Source: Pirellulaceae bacterium (GTDB lineage: Bacteria; Planctomycetota; Planctomycetia; Pirellulales; Pirellulaceae). Taken from it: DNA of 64,000 bases. The notes below the pieces were generated by a model. It was not told where the DNA came from, did not search any database, and saw only the letters and a program-made list of their open reading frames with translations. Of this stretch, positions 9,706 to 19,926 are shown in pieces. Positions within the stretch are counted from its first letter, which is position 1. Each line of letters begins with the position of its first letter. Both the position numbers and the translations under genes were made by a program. The DNA lies in assembly GCA_041741535.1 (NCBI GenBank), contig JBGSJV010000027.1, forward strand, positions 12,837 to 76,836, given 5' to 3'.

Positions 9706-11235
9706 ATGGTTCCCCGTTTCGTTCGAGGTTGGTTGGCTGCCATTTTGCTTGTCAGTTTTTCGTGGTCGCATCTTCCCGCTCTGGGAATGCAATCGGCCGA
9801 GTTCCAGGTCGTGGTTTGCAACGTGGAAAACCTGTTCGATGTCGATGGCACGGCATTGTTTGATGACTACAAACCGGAAGTTTACAAACCAGGGCACTTG
9901 CTGACGAAGCTACAAAATCACGCAAAAATTTTGGCCATGGTCAACGAGGGAGCTGGTCCCGATATTATCTTGTTTCAAGAGTTGGAAGCCGATCAAACGC
10001 CGGGCAGTCAGGCGTTCGATTTTGGTCAATTCCTCCAACAGTATGGGGATAAGAAGTTGGCAGACATGCTGGCCGCTCCAATCGCGGCCGACGTCAAAGA
10101 CTTGCCTGCAGCGGCCTTCTTGCTAAAAGCGCTGCAAGAGGAAGGTCTGGGGCAGTACCAAGTTGCGGTTGCCGAATATCGCCCCGACCCAACTGGCCGA
10201 GTTGTTGCGCACGTGAACGCCACGTTTTCGCGTTTTCCGATCAAAAAAGCCACGACACACCATACGCCTGGAGCTCGAGGCATTTTGGAAGTGGTCCACG
10301 ACGTCGAAGGTGCGATGTTGTACACCTACAACAATCATTGGAAGTCCGGTGCCTCGGACCCGGAGTCCGAACCGATTCGCGAAGGCAATGCTCGCGAATT
10401 GCGAAAACGATTGGACGTTGTACTGGCCAACGATCCCAACGCGGACATCGTGATCGGCGGAGACTTCAACTCGCAATACAACCAACGAGAGGCCTACCCC
10501 GACATGCGCACGACAGGCATTCAAGGAGTGCTGGGTTCGCAAGGTGATGAGGAAAAGATTCGCTCCTCCGGGGACCTTGTTTACAATCTCTGGTTCGAAT
10601 TACCCGAAGCAAAACGGGGCAGCGACGTTTACCAAGATCATTGGGGAACCTTGATGCAAATGATGGTGACGCGAGGTGTCTACGACAATCTGGGAATCCA
10701 ATACGTCGACAACAGCTTTGAGGCCGTGATTCACGAAGGGGTCAACGCTCAAATGGGGACTCGATTGCCGATTCGCTGGAATCAACTTGGTGATGCCGGT
10801 GGTGGATATTCCGATCACTTCCCGGTCGCTGCCAAGTTTCGCAAGGTCGCTGCCGCAACGGAACGTCAATGGTTGCCCCTAACCAATCCTGGCCGAGAAG
10901 CCAAATCTGCCGGGGCAAGTCGGTCCGTTGATTTCCGTGCCGTCAAATCCGCCAAGGTCCCAACCCTGCGCAAGTTTGCCACGGATCAAGAGATATGCGA
11001 TCCGCAAAACTTGGGGCATGTCTTTTTGATCGAAGGCCGAATTTCTGGCGAACGCCCGTTGCGGATCAAGATCTACGATCAGGAGTACGGTATTTGGGCG
11101 TTTGATGTCGAGATGCGAAAAAAGATCTACGATCGGTTGCAGGTCGGCAAAACGGTTCGCTTCTACGGTGAGATCAGCACTCACGAAGAGAAATGGCAGT
11201 TCGTCGTACGTGACTTGAGTTGGTTGGACGAATGA
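9706..11235 (+). CDS. Secreted endonuclease/exonuclease/phosphatase (EEP) family protein with a C-terminal OB-fold-like region
   Basis: Signal-like N-terminus. EEP motifs: ILFQELE, GGDFNSQYN, YSDHFPVAAKF. The C-terminal ~90 aa (VFLIEGRISGERPLRIKIYD...VRFYGEIS) is OB-like. Confidence 0.8.
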   Translation: MVPRFVRGWLAAILLVSFSWSHLPALGMQSAEFQVVVCNVENLFDVDGTALFDDYKPEVYKPGHLLTKLQNHAKILAMVNEGAGPDIILFQELEADQTPGSQAFDFGQFLQQYGDKKLADMLAAPIAADVKDLPAAAFLLKALQEEGLGQYQVAVAEYRPDPTGRVVAHVNATFSRFPIKKATTHHTPGARGILEVVHDVEGAMLYTYNNHWKSGASDPESEPIREGNARELRKRLDVVLANDPNADIVIGGDFNSQYNQREAYPDMRTTGIQGVLGSQGDEEKIRSSGDLVYNLWFELPEAKRGSDVYQDHWGTLMQMMVTRGVYDNLGIQYVDNSFEAVIHEGVNAQMGTRLPIRWNQLGDAGGGYSDHFPVAAKFRKVAAATERQWLPLTNPGREAKSAGASRSVDFRAVKSAKVPTLRKFATDQEICDPQNLGHVFLIEGRISGERPLRIKIYDQEYGIWAFDVEMRKKIYDRLQVGKTVRFYGEISTHEEKWQFVVRDLSWLDE

Positions 11236-11762
11236 CCAAGAGCGTGGAAGAACCCTCCAGTCCTCTGGAGTCTGAGAACTCGTACGAGCCTTGTGTTCAT
11301 GTCGTGTTGCATCAACCGGAGATCCCTCCCAACACGGGAAACATTGGTCGTACCTGCGTAGCGATTGGGGCCAAGTTGTGGCTGATTCGGCCGTTAGGTT
11401 TTGACATTAGCGAAAAGGCTCGACGCCGAGCGGGTTTGGACTATTGGTCCTATCTGCAATGGCAAGTTGTTGAAAATTGGAATGAACTGCTGGCGAATTT
11501 TTCGGCGCCCCGCTTGTGGTTGTTTACCAAAACGGCAACGCGTGCCTATACGGAGGTTTGTTATCAACCGGGCGATCTATTGGTGTTCGGCAAGGAGACC
11601 GCAGGGCTTCCGAAAGAACTATTGGAACGTTATGCGGAGCAATGTTTGCGTATCCCGATCCGACCTCAGGTGCGGAGTTTGAACCTGTCGTGCTCCGTGG
11701 GGGTAGCTACCTTTGAGGCCGTTCGCCAAATTCAGTTGCGTTCGGGTGGACTGGAATTGTAG
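11232..11762 (+). CDS. trmL: tRNA (cytidine/uridine-2'-O-)-methyltransferase TrmL (SpoU/TrmH family)
   Basis: VVLHQPEIPPNTGNIGRTCVAIGAKLWLIRPLGF and RSLNLSCSVGVATFEA are typical of TrmL/YibK. The ATG at 11232 overlaps the upstream TGA (ATGA). Confidence 0.85.
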   Translation: MTKSVEEPSSPLESENSYEPCVHVVLHQPEIPPNTGNIGRTCVAIGAKLWLIRPLGFDISEKARRRAGLDYWSYLQWQVVENWNELLANFSAPRLWLFTKTATRAYTEVCYQPGDLLVFGKETAGLPKELLERYAEQCLRIPIRPQVRSLNLSCSVGVATFEAVRQIQLRSGGLEL

Positions 11763-11873
11763 AGGGCGTTTAGCAAGTTTTCTCCACTGGGTCCTGAAAG
11801 GGATCCCACACACCAATCCCAATTTTTTGTGTATATTTACCGTTCGTCATCGAGCCATGGAGCGTCCAAACAA

Positions 11874-13292
11874 ATGGAGGAAGATCAACGAATCGGTGAG
11901 GCCATGGATCCGGTTCATGGCAAAGCAATCTCCCCGGATCAGTTGAGAGCGTGGGACGCGCAGCATTCCTGGCATCCATTCACTCCGATGCGGCAATACT
12001 TGGCCTCCGACCCGTTGATGATTGTGCAGGGACGCGGGGTTCAGCTCCAAGCCACGGACGGTCGCTGGTACATCGACGGCTGCTCGTCAATTTGGCTCAA
12101 CATCCACGGACATCGCCATCCGTATTTGAATGTCGCCATCCAGCGTCAATTAGAAAAAGTCGCGCACTCCACCCTGCTGGGGCAAGCAAACGTCCCAGCG
12201 ACGATCTTGGCAAAGCGATTGGTGGACGTCGCCCCACTTGGGCTGACCCGCTGCCATTTCTCGGACTGTGGGGCAACGGCCGTCGAGATCGCCGTGAAAA
12301 CGGCCATTCAGTATTGGTACAATTTAGGTCGCCCCGAAAAACGACAAATTGTCGGATTTGAAAACAACTATCATGGTGATACGTTGGGTGCCATGGCGGT
12401 CGCGCCCAGCGAACATTTTCACTCGCCGTTTCTATCATTACTTCCACCCAATCATCAGTTGCCGTATCCGATTTGCGCCGATCAACCGTTCCCCGACGTG
12501 GGATGCGAATGTGATCCGACGTATGGTCGACATTTGGAGAGCTTGCTTTCTAGTCAGGCCGATCGAATTGCGGCAGTCATCATCGAGCCGGTCCAAGGCG
12601 CCGGTGGGATCTTACCGGCTCCACCCGGATTTCTCCGATTGGTCAAAGACATTTGTACTCGGCACCAGGTGCTGCTGATTGTGGATGAAGTCGCGACGGG
12701 ATTTGGCCACGTTGGCGATTGGTTTGCCTGCACGCGCGAGCAAGTCGTGCCTGACCTGTTGTGTTTGGGCAAAGGTTTGTCGGGCGGGTACCTGCCAATC
12801 GCGGCGACGCTTTCAACCGAAGGCATCTACGAGGCGTTCTTGGGCGAAATTGCCGAACAGCGAACGTTGTATCATGGCCATTCGTTTGCGGGGAATCCTT
12901 TGGCCTGCGCCGTGAGCTTGGCGAGTTTGGATTTGATGCCGAGATTGCTCCAAGGATTGCCACCCAAGATCGAAATGCTCTCGCGGGGTCTGCAAGAATT
13001 GCGTGAACATCCACACGTCGGCGAAATCCGCCAACGAGGATTGATGGTCGGCGTGACCGTTGTACGGGATCGCGAAACGGGCGAACGGTTTCATTTCAGC
13101 GATCGAGCCGGCTACGTGGTGGCGGGACATGCGAGGGACCTGGGTTTGATCATCCGGCCGATTGGTGATGTTGTGATTGTGATGCCGCCACCGTGCATAT
13201 CGCTCGAAGAGCTTCAAATTTTGTTAGATCGCTTGTTGGAAGCCTTTCAGCGATCCATAGCCACTTGGGAACAATGTCATTCTCGGCGGTGA
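11874..13292 (+). CDS. bioA: Adenosylmethionine-8-amino-7-oxononanoate aminotransferase
   Basis: Class-III aminotransferase motifs: WHPFTPM, FSDCGATAVE, IIEPVQGAGG, DEVATGFG, LGKGLSGGYLP, HGHSFAGNPLACA. The start is uncertain (ATG 11874, ATG 11904 or the track GTG at 11829). Confidence 0.85.
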   Translation: MEEDQRIGEAMDPVHGKAISPDQLRAWDAQHSWHPFTPMRQYLASDPLMIVQGRGVQLQATDGRWYIDGCSSIWLNIHGHRHPYLNVAIQRQLEKVAHSTLLGQANVPATILAKRLVDVAPLGLTRCHFSDCGATAVEIAVKTAIQYWYNLGRPEKRQIVGFENNYHGDTLGAMAVAPSEHFHSPFLSLLPPNHQLPYPICADQPFPDVGCECDPTYGRHLESLLSSQADRIAAVIIEPVQGAGGILPAPPGFLRLVKDICTRHQVLLIVDEVATGFGHVGDWFACTREQVVPDLLCLGKGLSGGYLPIAATLSTEGIYEAFLGEIAEQRTLYHGHSFAGNPLACAVSLASLDLMPRLLQGLPPKIEMLSRGLQELREHPHVGEIRQRGLMVGVTVVRDRETGERFHFSDRAGYVVAGHARDLGLIIRPIGDVVIVMPPPCISLEELQILLDRLLEAFQRSIATWEQCHSRR

Positions 13293-13314
13293 ACACAACG
13301 GGAGACTTGGACAA

Positions 13315-14472
13315 ATGTTGTTGATTCCAATGGGACCGCTGGGCGAAGTCCACTACAAAGCCTATCTAACAAACATCGCCTGCGTCGTTGTGACGATTTT
13401 TTCGCTGATCGGATTTTTCAATAAGTCGTTTCTTGACGGCGCGAGCATGGACCTCACGACCATCCGGATGTTGGCGTGGTTTACGGCACCCTTGGTACAC
13501 GAAAACTTCTGGCAGTACCTTTTGAATCTCGTGTTCTTTTGGTTGATCGGTCAAGTGCTGGAAGGGCGGTTGGGGTTCTGGAAGTACTTCGGCACGATCT
13601 TAGTGATCGGATGGACCTTCATGATGACGGCCCAGTTTTTCTTCTTTTGGCTGGATGCCAAAGAAGTCACCTTGTTTGGGTATGTCCGTGGTCTCTTTGC
13701 CGTGAATTTTGGCCTTATCGTGGTCGCGTTGATCTATGTTTACGATCGTCAGATTTCGTTCTTGCTCCATCTCATTGTGTACCGGCGCCGATTTGGGATC
13801 AACATCATGTTCTTGTCGATGATGTACATGGTGGCAACCACAGGTGTGCTCGGTGCTTCTGGTCAGCTTTCCGAACTGATCCACTTTTTGGGCTTCTTGA
13901 TCGGACTATTTTTCGCGATCTTCTTGACCATGTCGGGCATTGTTCCCGAACAAGGGGCCAACTTGATCGAGCGGGTCTTTGAAAAGAAATTTGTTCGCCG
14001 CGAAATTGAATTGAATCCCAAGTCGGAAGTAGAACTTGAGGCGGAACTTGCCCAACAAGAACAAACCGAATGGGATGAGACGCTGCCCAATTTGATTCGA
14101 CTGGCGGAAGCTGGACGCTTTCCCGAACTCCATCAGCGAATGGCTCGGTTATTGGCCAACAATCGATTTGCGGTTTGGGATTCCGAGCTGTTGAGGAAGC
14201 TGATTCAAAGCTACACCAAAGCCAGCAACTGGGAGGAGGCCAATCGATACCTGTATATTTTCCAACAAGCATTCCCAGATCAATTGACCGTGCCGCTGCT
14301 GCTAAGCTGGACCCATGTGCAGCTGGAATTGGCACGACCACGCAGTGCCATGAGAACTCTGAAGTCGCTTGAGGGAGCTGCCGTTCGACCGGAACAAAAA
14401 GCGGTCTTTGTAAAGCTAGCGGAACGAGCCCGTGAGATGGTTAAAGCGGGGATACTGGAACCAGACGCGTAA
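13315..14472 (+). CDS. Rhomboid-family intramembrane serine protease with a C-terminal helical (TPR-like) domain
   Basis: Multi-TM protein. Rhomboid motifs: HENFWQYLLNLVFFWLIGQVLE, GASGQLSE (GxSG) and HFLGFLIGL. GGGAGA lies 10 nt upstream of the ATG. Confidence 0.75.
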   Translation: MLLIPMGPLGEVHYKAYLTNIACVVVTIFSLIGFFNKSFLDGASMDLTTIRMLAWFTAPLVHENFWQYLLNLVFFWLIGQVLEGRLGFWKYFGTILVIGWTFMMTAQFFFFWLDAKEVTLFGYVRGLFAVNFGLIVVALIYVYDRQISFLLHLIVYRRRFGINIMFLSMMYMVATTGVLGASGQLSELIHFLGFLIGLFFAIFLTMSGIVPEQGANLIERVFEKKFVRREIELNPKSEVELEAELAQQEQTEWDETLPNLIRLAEAGRFPELHQRMARLLANNRFAVWDSELLRKLIQSYTKASNWEEANRYLYIFQQAFPDQLTVPLLLSWTHVQLELARPRSAMRTLKSLEGAAVRPEQKAVFVKLAERAREMVKAGILEPDA

Positions 14473-15247
14473 TAAACATGCCGTGCCGATCTGGACAAAG
14501 CACGGGTAACCAAAACCAGTACCGTTCAACGAAGGACTTATTTCGCTTCCGAATCGCTCGGCGACGCAACGCTGGGCGAAATGGATAAACAATTGGGAAT
14601 AGCGGGTCCCCGCCCCAGCATTGCTCTGCGTCGCGGTTAAAACGCTGCTATACGGGATCTTATTTTTTGGCGAACCGATTCTGCGATTGCTGCGTATTAG
14701 GAACATCGTCAGCCATGCCCAGCGAAAGGCTAGTTATGTTCGTGAGAACATGGACTGCCCCCGGCCTCCTGCATAGGAGTAACTCGGGCAAACGCCGAGG
14801 GCATGAAGTGTGACGAGGTTCCGTTCGCAGAGCTTTGTACTCTGGGAATCGAGCCTAGGAAGCCGGTCGTCATTCGCGGGGTGGAAACACGCGTCGTGAT
14901 TGGCGGCAGCGAACAAGATGTTCTAACCCGGACAGGCTTAGGCCCTTAAAGTCTCGCCAATCGGAACCGACCTTACCGTTTGTTCCGACAGAGACCATCT
15001 TCCGGTAAAAAAGTGAAGGAAGTTGGCGTCATTTCTTCACTCTTGGCAAATTCATGATTTAACCTTTGGAGCTTCCATCGTCGCGTTGTACTTAGTCGCC
15101 GGGTTCTGGTCCTGAAGAAGGGTCAAACCGGGCAACGGTACGACGCACTCCAGCATCATCCTGAACCGACGCAATGTCTGGGTCCTGGCAAATTCCTGAA
15201 CGCCAGTGTCCGCATGGCCTGCGTCTGTACCCATCGGACGGTCCAGC

Positions 15248-17302
15248 ATGAACGTATGTCATTTGCCAGTAGGTTGTTGTCGACAATCGAATATCGCGGA
15301 CGCGAAATCGGCCCGCAAACCAGGTGCGAGTCACCGGTCAACGATTCATACCATTATTCTCACGTTGGCCTTGCTCACTCAGGGGCAAATGGCGGCAACA
15401 AGCGTTCTTGCTCAAGAAGACACGGCTGTTGGAAATCATCCATTCCGATCAGCCCCGACACAGGAATGGAATTCGCAAGTCCCTTTGCTGTTGCCCAGTG
15501 ACGAGGACGCGTCTGCATTACCTGAATGGAGTCAGATATCGCTGGTGTCGCGATTGAATGACGAGCGAACTTCCGGAGGATGGCGACCGGTCTCGTCGGG
15601 GAATGCTGCAACATTGGTTCCAGTGGCTGGAACGTCCGCCCCAGCCTTGGGCCAAGAGATCGAGTCGGCGATCACACAGTTGCGGAACGGTGCGAACGAC
15701 AGTTTGGCGCGAACAAACGCCACGCCCACACCTACGGTGGCAGACCTACCGGTGGGTAGCGAAACCGATCCTTGGGTGCAAACCGTGTTGGCCGAAGGTC
15801 AGCAGTTGGCCAATGGGGACCGATGGTCGGAAGCATTGACGATCTATCAAGCCGCGCTGCGCAAGGCACCTCACAGTGCCACTTTGCTCAAACAGCGTCA
15901 GACGGCTCGAATGCACGTCGACTTGCGAAATCGCTTGGCCGACAACAAGTATGTCCAATTCGCCCGGACGGATTCGGTCGAAATGGCCGCCGCTCACCTG
16001 AATGAGATCTTACTCAAGATCGAATTGAATCATTTGGAGCAGCCAAACTGGAGTGGGATCTTTCAACACGGGCTAAATTCGCTGTTGATCTCGTTGGAGG
16101 ACGCCGATTTTCAAGCCAAGTTTGTAAATTCGGCCATGGTGGTTCAAATCGCCGGAATCGTTGAACGCTATCGGGAGAGTTTGGCTTCGCTGCCCGTTCG
16201 TAACCATTCGGAGTTCGCTGGATTGGTTCGCGAATTAGCCAATCAAGCCCAACGCCAAATTGGTTTGGCGCCCAGTGTTGTCTTGCACGAGTTTGCCAGC
16301 ACTGCGGCTTCAGCGTTGGACACCTATAGCACGTTCTTGACCCCAGGTCACTTTGATGATCTGAACTCACAGATTCGCGGAAACTTCGTTGGGATCGGCG
16401 TCGAACTGCGAAGCAAGAAGGACCATCTGGAGATTGTCAAGGCAATCCCCGGCGGCCCAGCAGATCGAGCTAGAATTCGCGGCGGTGACAAGATGTTGGC
16501 CATCGAAGATCAAATGATCTCCGAGATCGGTGGTGACGCAGCGGCCGACTTGCTGCGAGGTGCCGATGGATCATTGGTCACGGTGGTTGTCGAAACCCCG
16601 GAAGGAAAACAATACCGGCTGAAACTGCAACGTGCTCGAGTGGAAATCCCCAGCATCGACGAAGTGAAGTTTGTGAATGCCGCTCAAGGGATTGGCTATA
16701 TCAAACTTTCGAACTTCCAAAAGAACACGCCAGCCGATTTTGACCGGGCCCTGCTGCAACTGCGACAAGGTGGTCTTCGCAGTCTGATCCTGGATTTGCG
16801 AGATAACCCAGGCGGGGCCTTGGACGCTGCCGTGGAAATTGTTGACCGTTTTATCGCTCGCGGAACCATTGTGAGTACGAAGGGGCGCAACTTGGCCGAG
16901 AACATGACGTACTCCGCTCAAGTCAGCGACGTTGGGCAATTGCCACTCACGATTTTGATCAATGAAAATTCGGCAAGTGCCAGCGAGATTCTGGCCGCCG
17001 CCATTGCCGACCATCAACGTGGGACGATCATCGGCCAGCGTTCCTTCGGCAAAGGTGTAGTCCAAACGATTTTCCCGCTGACGTCGGGCCGAGGCGGCAT
17101 TCGATTGACCACGGCGGAGTACTTTGGTCCATCCGGACGCCGCGTCGAAATGCAGGGCGTCTCGCCGGACTTCGTCGTCCAAAACACTGCCCGACCAGCA
17201 ATCGATTCCGCAGCCGTTACCGACGAATCTGGATCGCAGCCTGTCGAAACAGACGAAGTTTTGGAAGCCGCCATTCGACGTGCGACGAATCAGTTGCCGT
17301 AA
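15248..17302 (+). CDS. S41 carboxyl-terminal processing protease with PDZ domain
   Basis: PDZ segment: GIGVELRSKKDHLEIVKAIPGGPADRARIRGGDKMLAIE. S41 motifs: LILDLRDNPGG, INENSASASEILA, FGKGVVQ. ATG 15248 precedes a signal-like segment; the track start at 15206 is probably too long. Confidence 0.85.
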   Translation: MNVCHLPVGCCRQSNIADAKSARKPGASHRSTIHTIILTLALLTQGQMAATSVLAQEDTAVGNHPFRSAPTQEWNSQVPLLLPSDEDASALPEWSQISLVSRLNDERTSGGWRPVSSGNAATLVPVAGTSAPALGQEIESAITQLRNGANDSLARTNATPTPTVADLPVGSETDPWVQTVLAEGQQLANGDRWSEALTIYQAALRKAPHSATLLKQRQTARMHVDLRNRLADNKYVQFARTDSVEMAAAHLNEILLKIELNHLEQPNWSGIFQHGLNSLLISLEDADFQAKFVNSAMVVQIAGIVERYRESLASLPVRNHSEFAGLVRELANQAQRQIGLAPSVVLHEFASTAASALDTYSTFLTPGHFDDLNSQIRGNFVGIGVELRSKKDHLEIVKAIPGGPADRARIRGGDKMLAIEDQMISEIGGDAAADLLRGADGSLVTVVVETPEGKQYRLKLQRARVEIPSIDEVKFVNAAQGIGYIKLSNFQKNTPADFDRALLQLRQGGLRSLILDLRDNPGGALDAAVEIVDRFIARGTIVSTKGRNLAENMTYSAQVSDVGQLPLTILINENSASASEILAAAIADHQRGTIIGQRSFGKGVVQTIFPLTSGRGGIRLTTAEYFGPSGRRVEMQGVSPDFVVQNTARPAIDSAAVTDESGSQPVETDEVLEAAIRRATNQLP

Positions 17303-17427
17303 CAACTATAGATTTCCGCCCTAACTACTGAGAAATTGTGCTAGATTTAAGGTGCAAGTGCGTCTCGTGGATGTGGTCGTAGACACTGACCCCACGGAAT
17401 GTCGTTGTCATTTCGGAGTTCACAGCC

Positions 17428-18099
17428 ATGGCCAAGCCCCTTGCCGATCATTTTTCCGAAAGCCTCCGGGAACAAGGGGTGATTCCGGTGATCGTCTTGG
17501 ACCATGTCGCGGACGCCGTCCCATTGGCGGAAGCTCTGTCGGTTGGCGAATTGTCGGTATTGGAAATCACGCTTCGCAGCAGCGCGGGACTCGACTGCAT
17601 CGAAACGGTCTCGAAATACGATCGGTGGATGGTCGGTGCCGGCACGGTCTTGAACCGCGAGGATGCGCGACGTGCGATCGATTCAGGGGCACAGTTTATT
17701 GTGTCTCCGGGCCTGGATGAAGGAACCGTTGTCTATTGCCAAGATCGCAACATCCCCATTGTCCCTGGGGTCTGCACTCCCACCGAGGCTCAACGTGCGA
17801 TCAATATGGGATTGAGATTGGTGAAGTTTTTTCCGGCCGAAGCGTTTGGGGGTGTCGCCACGCTGAAGGCCCTGAAAGGTCCGTTTCCAAATTTGAAGTT
17901 CGTGCCGACGGGCGGAATTGCCCTGGAGAACATGGATTCTTATCTTGAACTGCCCAACGTGCTGGCAGTTGGTGGCAGTTGGATGGTCGCGCGTCCGCTG
18001 TTGGAGTCCAAGAACTTTGCTCAGATCGGGTCGTTGGCTCATTTCGCTCGCGAACGAGTCAAGAGCGCGCGGCACGAAGGATTAGGCAGTTTAGGTTGA
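17428..18099 (+). CDS. eda: KDPG / 4-hydroxy-2-oxoglutarate aldolase
   Basis: VIPVIVLD...LSVLEITLRS, VGAGTVLN, FIVSPG, KFFPAEAFGG, LKFVPTGGI. This is the classical Eda pattern. Confidence 0.9.
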   Translation: MAKPLADHFSESLREQGVIPVIVLDHVADAVPLAEALSVGELSVLEITLRSSAGLDCIETVSKYDRWMVGAGTVLNREDARRAIDSGAQFIVSPGLDEGTVVYCQDRNIPIVPGVCTPTEAQRAINMGLRLVKFFPAEAFGGVATLKALKGPFPNLKFVPTGGIALENMDSYLELPNVLAVGGSWMVARPLLESKNFAQIGSLAHFARERVKSARHEGLGSLG

Positions 18100-18112
18100 A
18101 GTTAACGATCGT

Positions 18113-18877
18113 ATGGTCCGATATTACGCGAAGTCGGATCAAAACTTCCCCCACACTGCGGTCTCTATGGAAACGACACTCCATCGCCAACTCAAGACAT
18201 TGTATGCAGCCCCTGGCGATCGTTTGGAGCAAGAACTGGGCAAGTATCGGATCGATGTGGCCAAGTCGGATTGTTTGGTCGAAGTCCAACATTCCAGCTT
18301 GAACGCCATTCGCGGCAAAGTCAGCGAGTTGTTGCTGCGGCACCGAGTCGTCGTGGTGAAACCGCTGGTCGTGAAAACGAGAATTGTGCGTTTGAATCGA
18401 AAAGGCGGACAAGTTGTCAGTCGCCGCTGGAGTCCCAAGCGAGGACAGATGATCGACTTGTTTGACGAGTTGATTTATTTTCGGGAGCTCTTTCCGCATC
18501 CAAACCTGACGCTTGAAATCCCATTGGTGCAAATCGAAGAGTGGCGTTTTCAAGGACATGGTCGACGGGTTCGCACGCGTATCAGCGATCATCAGGTTCA
18601 AGATCAACTGTTGTTGGGTGTGGAACAAACGGTGAAATTGAACCGCCCGACGGATCTCTGGAACATTGTGGCTCGGCCCGACCAATGTGAATTTTCCACG
18701 CAAGACTTGTCGAAACTCTGGCAAGTTCCTCGTTATCAAGCACAGAAGATTGCGTACACACTTCAGCACTGTGAAGCCATTGACCGAATTGGCAAATCGG
18801 GAAACTCGTGGGTCTATGGGTTGGCGCGGTCCAAGACGTCTACCGCAAAGCCGCTTTCTTTGCGAGTGGCGGGGTGA
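18113..18877 (+). CDS. Hypothetical protein, possible CoiA-like PD-(D/E)xK nuclease fold
   Basis: 254-aa ORF with an ATG start. YRIDV...LVEVQHSS resembles the D...E.Q.S signature of CoiA-like nucleases. The function is not established. Confidence 0.5.
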   Translation: MVRYYAKSDQNFPHTAVSMETTLHRQLKTLYAAPGDRLEQELGKYRIDVAKSDCLVEVQHSSLNAIRGKVSELLLRHRVVVVKPLVVKTRIVRLNRKGGQVVSRRWSPKRGQMIDLFDELIYFRELFPHPNLTLEIPLVQIEEWRFQGHGRRVRTRISDHQVQDQLLLGVEQTVKLNRPTDLWNIVARPDQCEFSTQDLSKLWQVPRYQAQKIAYTLQHCEAIDRIGKSGNSWVYGLARSKTSTAKPLSLRVAG

Positions 18878-19818
18878 ACGAACAAGGGCCGATCGGAGGC
18901 CGTTCCAGCATCGATTGGTCCGCCGTAGATTGGCGGTCTTTGGGCATCGCCACCCATCAGCACTTTCCCGAGATTTCTTCGACAAACGATGTGGCTCGCA
19001 GTACGACGGGAGCGTTGCCGCTAGATGCTTTCCCGTTGTTGATCACGTGCGAACGACAGACCCAGGGACGCGGTCGCAACGGTCGGCAATGGTGGCATCG
19101 TGAGGGCGGCTTGGCTTGCTCGATTGTCTTGCCGCTTCCTGCACAAGAACTCAACCATGCATCCGGGCTCAGCAACGCGGCCGGGCGCTTGGCGATTTGG
19201 ACCGCGATCTGCCTCCAAGAAACCGCCGCTCACTTTTTGCCCAATCAGGTTTGCCAAATCAAATGGCCCAACGACTTGATGATTGGAGATCGCAAAAACG
19301 CGGGAATTCTGATCGAATCCGTACCAACCGTTCCGCGCCAACCCTCCCACGCAACAAACGCGAACGACCCCGCCCAAAATCCGTCGTCGTTGGTTGTGGT
19401 TGGCATTGGCGTCAACATCAACAATCGATCGGTGTCCTCCGAACTACCCAGCACGGATTGGTTCAGTTGGGCCGAAACCAATCAAACATTTGCCGTACCC
19501 ATGGTCTTAGCCGATTTCTTGGCCCGATGGCTACCACGCATGGAAGGCTGGCCGCCTCCGATGTCGCTCCTCCAACCACGCTTTGCCGCGGTCGATTGGC
19601 TTCACGGGAAACGGCTGGAAGTTCTGGCGACGGGCGCATGGCAGATCTTGCCGAATGGCGACTTGGCAGTCGCTGACATGGACCAAGGCCAACATGAGCC
19701 ACAGACGTTTTTCGGCACCTATGCGGGAATCGACCCGCAAGGCTTCTTGCGAGTGTGCATCGACAATGGGGATCTGCGGATCTTTCCCAGTGTTCACCGA
19801 GTTCACGCGCTACCTTGA
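18874..19818 (+). CDS. birA: Biotin--[acetyl-CoA-carboxylase] ligase
   Basis: FPEISSTND and the RQTQGRGRNGRQWW motif (GRGRxGRxW); KWPNDLMIGDRKNAGILIE. The GTG at 18874 overlaps the upstream TGA (GTGA). The track start at 18808 would overlap the upstream gene by 70 nt. Confidence 0.8.
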   Translation: MNEQGPIGGRSSIDWSAVDWRSLGIATHQHFPEISSTNDVARSTTGALPLDAFPLLITCERQTQGRGRNGRQWWHREGGLACSIVLPLPAQELNHASGLSNAAGRLAIWTAICLQETAAHFLPNQVCQIKWPNDLMIGDRKNAGILIESVPTVPRQPSHATNANDPAQNPSSLVVVGIGVNINNRSVSSELPSTDWFSWAETNQTFAVPMVLADFLARWLPRMEGWPPPMSLLQPRFAAVDWLHGKRLEVLATGAWQILPNGDLAVADMDQGQHEPQTFFGTYAGIDPQGFLRVCIDNGDLRIFPSVHRVHALP

Positions 19819-19926
19819 TTTCTCTCACTCGGTATACCAAGATATCAGATCGATGCATTAGAACCGTTATTGATCTTGTTCCCGTTGCGCAACATCATGA
19901 ACGGCTTGGGTTGATAGGAACACGGC

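Noticed and set aside
14760-14940. RNase P RNA, tmRNA or tRNA in the long intergenic region (ggaatcgagcctagg resembles a T-loop; aacccggacaggctta vaguely resembles RNase P CR-V)
   Set aside because: The GAGGAAAGTCCGGGC and ACAGAACCCGGCTTA cores are absent. The T-loop-like stem has a mismatch and no adjacent acceptor or anticodon arm could be folded.
16571-18985. Minus-strand ORFs 16571-17305 (244 aa) and 18059-18985 (308 aa)
   Set aside because: They are antisense to the S41 protease and to the 18113-18877/birA genes respectively. They have no motifs and no plausible starts or RBS.
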